Origin: a virus
Taxonomy: Duplodnaviria > Heunggongvirae > Uroviricota > Caudoviricetes
IMG/VR virus record: IMGVR_UViG_2713896834_000012
Coordinates: 1 to 10,759 of that record
DNA length: 10,759 bases
Strand: one strand, 5' to 3'
In this document: positions 6,315 to 10,759 of the stretch, piece after piece
Position numbering within the stretch: position 1 is the stretch's first letter
How the letters are laid out: each line of letters opens with the position of its first letter
The notes under the pieces: generated by a model
Told to the model about the DNA's origin: nothing
Seen by the model: the letters and a program-made list of their open reading frames with translations, nothing else
Database searches by the model: none
Program-made: the position numbers and the translations under genes

Positions 6315-6997
6315 ATCTGGATTTGAAGCAATTAAGCGATCTGCGCAGCCAGTTCAGAATGGACGTGAAGGGTGAGCGACCAGTGTTACCAAACCGTTCC
6401 GATGCTGCCATTCAGCGCGTTTACAAGGCAATGACTGACGATATCAATGGTGCCATTGGTCAGAATCTTGGCAACGATACTCTCCGTAAATATCAGCAGG
6501 CCAATGCCGTCTACGCTGACGAAGCGGCGAAGCTAAAGAATACCAGGCTGAAGAATGTTCTCATGAAAGGCGACCTGACGCCGGAAGTTGTCAACAACAT
6601 GCTATTCAGCAAGAACAAATCGGAAATTAAGACGCTGTATAACTCAGTTGGTCGTGTTGGCAGGGCGCAAATGCGCAATGGCATCATTGGAAAGGCGATG
6701 GAGAAATCTGGCGGATCCCCTGACCAGTTCCTTCGGCAGCTTAACATCCTGCAAAACCAGACTGGCATCACATTTAAGGGGCAGGACGCTGCTTATCTGA
6801 AAGGATTGAAAAAATACCTTCAGTCCACTCAGCAGGCAGCAAAAGCGGCAGTAACAACACCAACAGGGCAGCAAACCATCCCGTTCATTATCGGGTATGG
6901 GACGGCAACGAACCCGGCGACAACTGGCGCAGCAGTAAGCTACGGACTTCTTACTCGCGCCTATGAGAGCGAACCATTCAGAAATGCAATGCTCTGA
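6200..6997 (+). pseudogene. 3' fragment of a virion structural gene (possibly the last ejection/injection protein upstream of the tailspike), lacking its 5' end
   Basis: Frame +2 is open from 6200 (preceded by TGA at 6197-6199) to the stop at 6995-6997, with no ATG until far downstream. The track's 6323 start is a TTG. The translation is Q/N/K/A/G-rich (QAVSNLQKLGKVADNETISKLQSYRDELV...). Gene identity is inferred from synteny only. Confidence 0.4.
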
Positions 6998-7217
6998 ATG
7001 GCAAATACCCCACGCGGATCAACAGCGTTTGAGAAAGCCTTGCAGCAGGCACAAAAGGCAATTAACGCGCTGACCCAAGGCGCTAAGTCTGATGCGTTGT
7101 CTGAATAGTTTCGAAAACACCAGGAACGTGCAAAAACCAAATATGTAGAACGCAATATTCAACAGATCTCTTTGCATAGACTCATCTCATAATTAACAGA
7201 TCATAACTGACATTAGT

Positions 7218-7253
7218 GCAATGCCGGGCAAGTTGCATCTTGTCCGGCATTGC
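7218..7253 (+). promoter_or_regulatory. Very stable 15-bp stem-loop immediately upstream of the tailspike RBS
   Basis: 7218-7232 pairs with 7239-7253 (14 Watson-Crick pairs plus one G-U), loop ttgcat. No U-tract follows. The tailspike SD (GGAG, 7261-7264) lies 8 nt downstream. Confidence 0.4.
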
Positions 7254-7272
7254 TACGTCCGGAGCAAATTAA

Positions 7273-9453
7273 ATGACAGACATTACAGCCAATGTTGTAG
7301 TAAGCATGCCTTCGCAACTCTTCACTATGGCGCGTTCTTTTAAAGCCGTAGCCAATGGCAAAATTTATATCGGTAAAATTGACACTGACCCAGTAAATCC
7401 TGAAAACCAGATTCAGGTTTATGTGGAGAACGAAGACGGCTCTCACGTTCCTGTTTCGCAACCAATCATCATTAACGCTGCTGGTTACCCTGTATATAAC
7501 GGACAGATTGCCAAATTCGTTACCGTGCAAGGCCATTCTATGGCTGTTTATGACGCGTATGGTGCACAGCAATTCTATTTTCCGAATGTACTTAAGTACG
7601 ACCCTGCCGCACTAAAATATGACTTGGAAGCTCCGTATGGCATGTCGATTATTGGGGAGTTCGAATCGGTAGCGGACTTGCAATCCTTCTCCCAGTTGTC
7701 CCTGATTGATAACGGGGAGAGAGTGTCGGTAAAAAGCTTTCATGCTGGAAGAGGTGTTGGTGGTGGTTATTTCAGATGGTTGGCCACAAGCACGCTGGCT
7801 GATGACGGATTTTCTGTCATCAAACCAACCGCTGTTACTGGTTCCGGGCGATGGGTAAACGTGAAGAGAGGTGCGCTTACTCCACCAGAGTGTGGGGCTG
7901 TTCCTGATGATTCTACTTTCGACAGTGCTACCGGACTTTCAAACTGGGCTACTCAAAACCGCTGCATTGGTAGTCCTGGTGTGTTTAGATCATCAACTGG
8001 GATAGTATTTACAGGCAGTAATCCATGGGTTACTGCCGATCGTATGACGATTGAATATACTGCACCAGAGATTAACGGCGTTATGGTAACCACTAACGAC
8101 CAGACTATATTTCAAGTTGAGGGACTGGAAGTTAAAAACGTTAGTGCGACACCATCTACGGCTGCCGCAACTGCAAATGGATTTAGAATGATTGGGCTTA
8201 AGCAGGCATTTGTTAGGCGCTGCAGAAGCATCGGATGGAAAAATGCAGGGATATTCTTCCAGAGCTGCAGGCAGTGGGAAGCTATTGATAATTTATGCTG
8301 GCTTAATGATTGGGACCTAACCAATACATTTGCCTCCGGTGGGGATATCGTTTCCTACACTGGAACGCCAGGCGCTTCAAAGGGAGGGAAAATAATTGGT
8401 AATTTACTGCTTTCCGATGCAAGCCAAGGAATTAACGTAAACGCACTGTCTGCTGATAGGGAAATCATCATTGCAAATAACACGATCCTTACCTATAACA
8501 CTGATTTCACAACGAAAGATTTCTCTCTCATTAATAAAAGACATGGTATTGAGTTTGGGTACAAAAGTAATCAGACTTACGGAGGCTCGATACTTATTGC
8601 AAACAATATTATTCGTGATACGAACTGGACTGGTATTTACCGTTCTGGTGGAGCGGATGGTTCTGTTTCTTATCCACCATCAATGATTCATGGCAATTTG
8701 ATCCATAACGTTGGTATGAAAATTGATGCATCCAATATCTCTGGTGGTATTCTAATTGGTGATATAGTTGATGGTGACATACTATCTAACAATATTGTTT
8801 CTGGTTTTGGTCAATTATCATCTGGTGCCTATCGGATACAGGATTCGGTTGGAAGCGGTAAGCTCACAATGAACAACAATGTAGACTTTGATAGCAAGGG
8901 GTCAGGTATATACATAACTGGTGAGGCTAATGGTGTGGTTGTTAACGGTCACAGAACTGTCAGAGCTTCAGGTTATAGCGTATTCCTTGCCCCCGTATCA
9001 GGAGCTACAGTTTTTGGCGATCACGTACTAAATAACATCGTGGTTGAAAGGACTACGGATGGTTACGGTGTTGTATTTGCTTCAGGCGCTGCGACAACAA
9101 GCTCTCTGAATAATCTAAATGCAAAAGGAACCTTCACAAACGCCACTACTAACTCAGCTGTATATGTGGCAGGAACACCTTCAAATGCAATAATTATCGG
9201 AGGCGTCATTAAAGGGTTTGCGTATGGAGTCTGGTGTCAGTCTTATGTCGACACTACAATCCAACTTCCATGGGGTGGCATAACCTTCATTGGTACAATA
9301 AATGCTTTCAGGCTGGCAAGGACAACAGGAACCGCAAATGCGTTTGTAAATCCTAATTTTTTCTATGGCGTAACTAATAGATTCTCAAATGGTGGCACAG
9401 GTACCAGTAATGGAGCAGAAAGATTATTGGTTAATGGGGCTGTTGTGGCATAA
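7273..9453 (+). CDS. Tailspike protein: P22-type N-terminal head-binding domain plus right-handed beta-helix receptor-binding (probable glycanase) domain, 726 aa
   Basis: N-terminus [13 protein letters not shown]...[27 protein letters not shown]...[13 protein letters not shown]...NVLKYDP matches the P22/Sf6/HK620 tailspike head-binding domain (from memory). The remainder has beta-helix-like repeats ([29 protein letters not shown]). GGAG RBS 8 nt upstream. Confidence 0.9.
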   Translation: MTDITANVVVSMPSQLFTMARSFKAVANGKIYIGKIDTDPVNPENQIQVYVENEDGSHVPVSQPIIINAAGYPVYNGQIAKFVTVQGHSMAVYDAYGAQQFYFPNVLKYDPAALKYDLEAPYGMSIIGEFESVADLQSFSQLSLIDNGERVSVKSFHAGRGVGGGYFRWLATSTLADDGFSVIKPTAVTGSGRWVNVKRGALTPPECGAVPDDSTFDSATGLSNWATQNRCIGSPGVFRSSTGIVFTGSNPWVTADRMTIEYTAPEINGVMVTTNDQTIFQVEGLEVKNVSATPSTAAATANGFRMIGLKQAFVRRCRSIGWKNAGIFFQSCRQWEAIDNLCWLNDWDLTNTFASGGDIVSYTGTPGASKGGKIIGNLLLSDASQGINVNALSADREIIIANNTILTYNTDFTTKDFSLINKRHGIEFGYKSNQTYGGSILIANNIIRDTNWTGIYRSGGADGSVSYPPSMIHGNLIHNVGMKIDASNISGGILIGDIVDGDILSNNIVSGFGQLSSGAYRIQDSVGSGKLTMNNNVDFDSKGSGIYITGEANGVVVNGHRTVRASGYSVFLAPVSGATVFGDHVLNNIVVERTTDGYGVVFASGAATTSSLNNLNAKGTFTNATTNSAVYVAGTPSNAIIIGGVIKGFAYGVWCQSYVDTTIQLPWGGITFIGTINAFRLARTTGTANAFVNPNFFYGVTNRFSNGGTGTSNGAERLLVNGAVVA

Positions 9454-9475
9454 AAAATATTGGGGGGTGTCACCC

Positions 9476-10759
9476 CATAAGCGCTAACTTAAGGGTTGAA
9501 CCATCTGAAGAATGCGACGCCTCGGTGCCTCGTTAAGACGATGCCTCGCGTTCTTCAATTGCGTTTTGTAGGCTGTCAGGGATACTGTCCCACGAATGGC
9601 CACCTGTAAGCTCCAGATGACCATTTTTGTTATTCTCCACAACGAGTTAGTTCTTCTTTTCGGATCCGGCACTTCTGGGGGGGAAATCCAGCGATGGCTG
9701 GATTATGTCGTCAATTAAAAATGCGGCGAGTAGATTAGCAAATATCCACGCTTTCGCGAGTTCAGGTTCCTTTGCACGCAAAGCATCCAGGTGCAGCAAA
9801 CTTTTGAGCCGCTTAAAAGCCAGTTCAATTTGCCATCGCAGACGGTAACAATCAGCCACTTGCTCTGCTGAATATTCATCTTCCGGTAATGATGTTAGCA
9901 ATAGCACATGGCCCGCTGCTTCCAGCGTTTCCGCCTGAACTACTCGTCCTTTTCGACGATTCTCGCTGAGCAGTCGGGTTTTACTGATTAATGCTTTTTC
10001 GGGAGGAAGTGATACGGCAATGAGACGTGCCGGAAAGGGAGCTCCGGCTTTTTTATTACCTGAATTGCCTATCATTACAGTGGTTTCACCGTTCTTACCG
10101 CAATCCAGCCCGCGCAGAAAACCCATCATGTCAAAGCGCATTCCTTCTGCAGTTAACCAGCGCAATCCTCGCCAGTGAACCCGGACGATATAATCAGCTT
10201 CTCCAAAAGCAAGTGAGCGGATACATTCGGGACGCGAACCGAATCCCCGGTCAGCAATGCGTATCTCGTCTGCCGTTTGCGCAAATCGGTCCAGCCGTTC
10301 AGCGTCTCTGCTGTCGGTTAGCTCAAAATCAGTGAACTGACAGGTATGAGGATCATATCCCATATGTAGTCGCCATTCAGCGCTGCCGCCCCCGGGCGCA
10401 CTGATTGCTGTTCCATCGACAAGACGCAATCTCTTTCCGCTTGTACAACCCGTAACTGCGGCGCGTACAGCAAGTGTTTGTGCGGCAAGTATGCCAAACC
10501 AGTCGGCGGCATTCCGCAGCCGCTTCAGGAGAGCCACGTCAGATAATGTTGCAACGTCATGGAGCTGAGCCCATGCAGTGACTTCACGTAATGACATCCC
10601 CCCGGGGCCGTAAGCCAGCCCCAGACGTAGCAGAGTTGCAGCATCACGAATTTCGCGGCGGCGGGTTAGAGCCCCGGCATTACGTGCCGAAGTATCCAGT
10701 TCTTCGGGCTTACCAATATGGGCCAGAATTGCTGACCAGTTATCGTGAGAGTAATTCAT
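9476..10759 (-). mobile_element. IS186 (IS4 family), partial; the far end lies beyond the window
   Basis: Terminal inverted repeat CATAAGCGCTAACTTAAGGGTTG begins at about 9476. It is flanked by GGGGGGTGTCACCCC (9462-9476), the G-run/C-run target type IS186 is known to prefer. Contains the complete insL-type transposase. Boundary is accurate to about 1 nt. Confidence 0.9.
9647..10759 (-). CDS. insL: IS186 transposase (IS4 family, DDE), 370 aa
   Basis: Protein MNYSHDNWSAILAHIGKPEELDTSARNAG... with the IS4-family motif YRLRWQIELAFKRLK. The start codon is the last 3 nt of the window (10759-10757), stop at 9649-9647. Confidence 0.95.
   Translation of the reverse strand: MNYSHDNWSAILAHIGKPEELDTSARNAGALTRRREIRDAATLLRLGLAYGPGGMSLREVTAWAQLHDVATLSDVALLKRLRNAADWFGILAAQTLAVRAAVTGCTSGKRLRLVDGTAISAPGGGSAEWRLHMGYDPHTCQFTDFELTDSRDAERLDRFAQTADEIRIADRGFGSRPECIRSLAFGEADYIVRVHWRGLRWLTAEGMRFDMMGFLRGLDCGKNGETTVMIGNSGNKKAGAPFPARLIAVSLPPEKALISKTRLLSENRRKGRVVQAETLEAAGHVLLLTSLPEDEYSAEQVADCYRLRWQIELAFKRLKSLLHLDALRAKEPELAKAWIFANLLAAFLIDDIIQPSLDFPPRSAGSEKKN

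Noticed and set aside
6323-6997. Treating 6323 as the start of an intact 224-aa gene
   Set aside because: 6323 is a TTG with no RBS, and the frame is open upstream to 6200 directly after the disrupted terminase. More parsimonious as a 3' gene fragment.
7213-7572. 119-aa minus-strand ORF overlapping the tailspike start
   Set aside because: Antisense to the strongly supported tailspike N-terminal domain.
9484-10512. Extra ORFs inside IS186 (9484-9672 minus, 10027-10335 plus, 10318-10512 minus)
   Set aside because: They overlap or lie antisense to the transposase gene. IS186 is known to encode a single transposase.
1-10759. tRNA genes, CRISPR arrays, attachment sites
   Set aside because: No cloverleaf-compatible segments, no regularly spaced direct repeats, and no duplicated att-like core were seen by eye. 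The prophage integration site is presumably outside the window.

Overview
This window is a decayed, mosaic lambdoid prophage carrying an IS186 insertion at its right edge; all identifications below come from reading the sequence and recalling protein families, not from any database search. Left to right: (1) an AT-rich minus-strand module (AlpA-family regulator 1-192, intrinsic terminator, and a 59-aa zinc-ribbon ORF 297-476 that is absent from the ORF track) which abuts and replaces the 5' end of a lambda-type Ser/Thr phosphatase gene (489-1070). (2) A lambda-like late regulatory and lysis block: antiterminator Q, the pR'/qut promoter, holin S with its dual start and sdi hairpin, endolysin R, and Rz with embedded Rz1. 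(3) Three small genes of unknown function (3378-3653, 3937-4305, 4409-4651) separated by intergenic regions that carry a repeated motif and a perfect palindrome. (4) A small terminase subunit and a large terminase subunit whose frame breaks near 6200 and runs into the 3' fragment of an unrelated gene; portal, scaffold, coat and tail-accessory genes are missing. (5) An apparently intact 726-aa tailspike with a P22-type N-terminal head-binding domain and an AT-rich beta-helix domain. (6) IS186 (transposase complete, element cut by the window end) inserted in a G-run/C-run hairpin just after the tailspike stop. I did not find a clearly recognisable novel defence or other system; the best candidates for new biology are the minus-strand AlpA/zinc-ribbon module, the unknown ORFs between the lysis and packaging genes, and the tailspike retained in a prophage with no capsid genes. 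No tRNA, rRNA or CRISPR array was seen.
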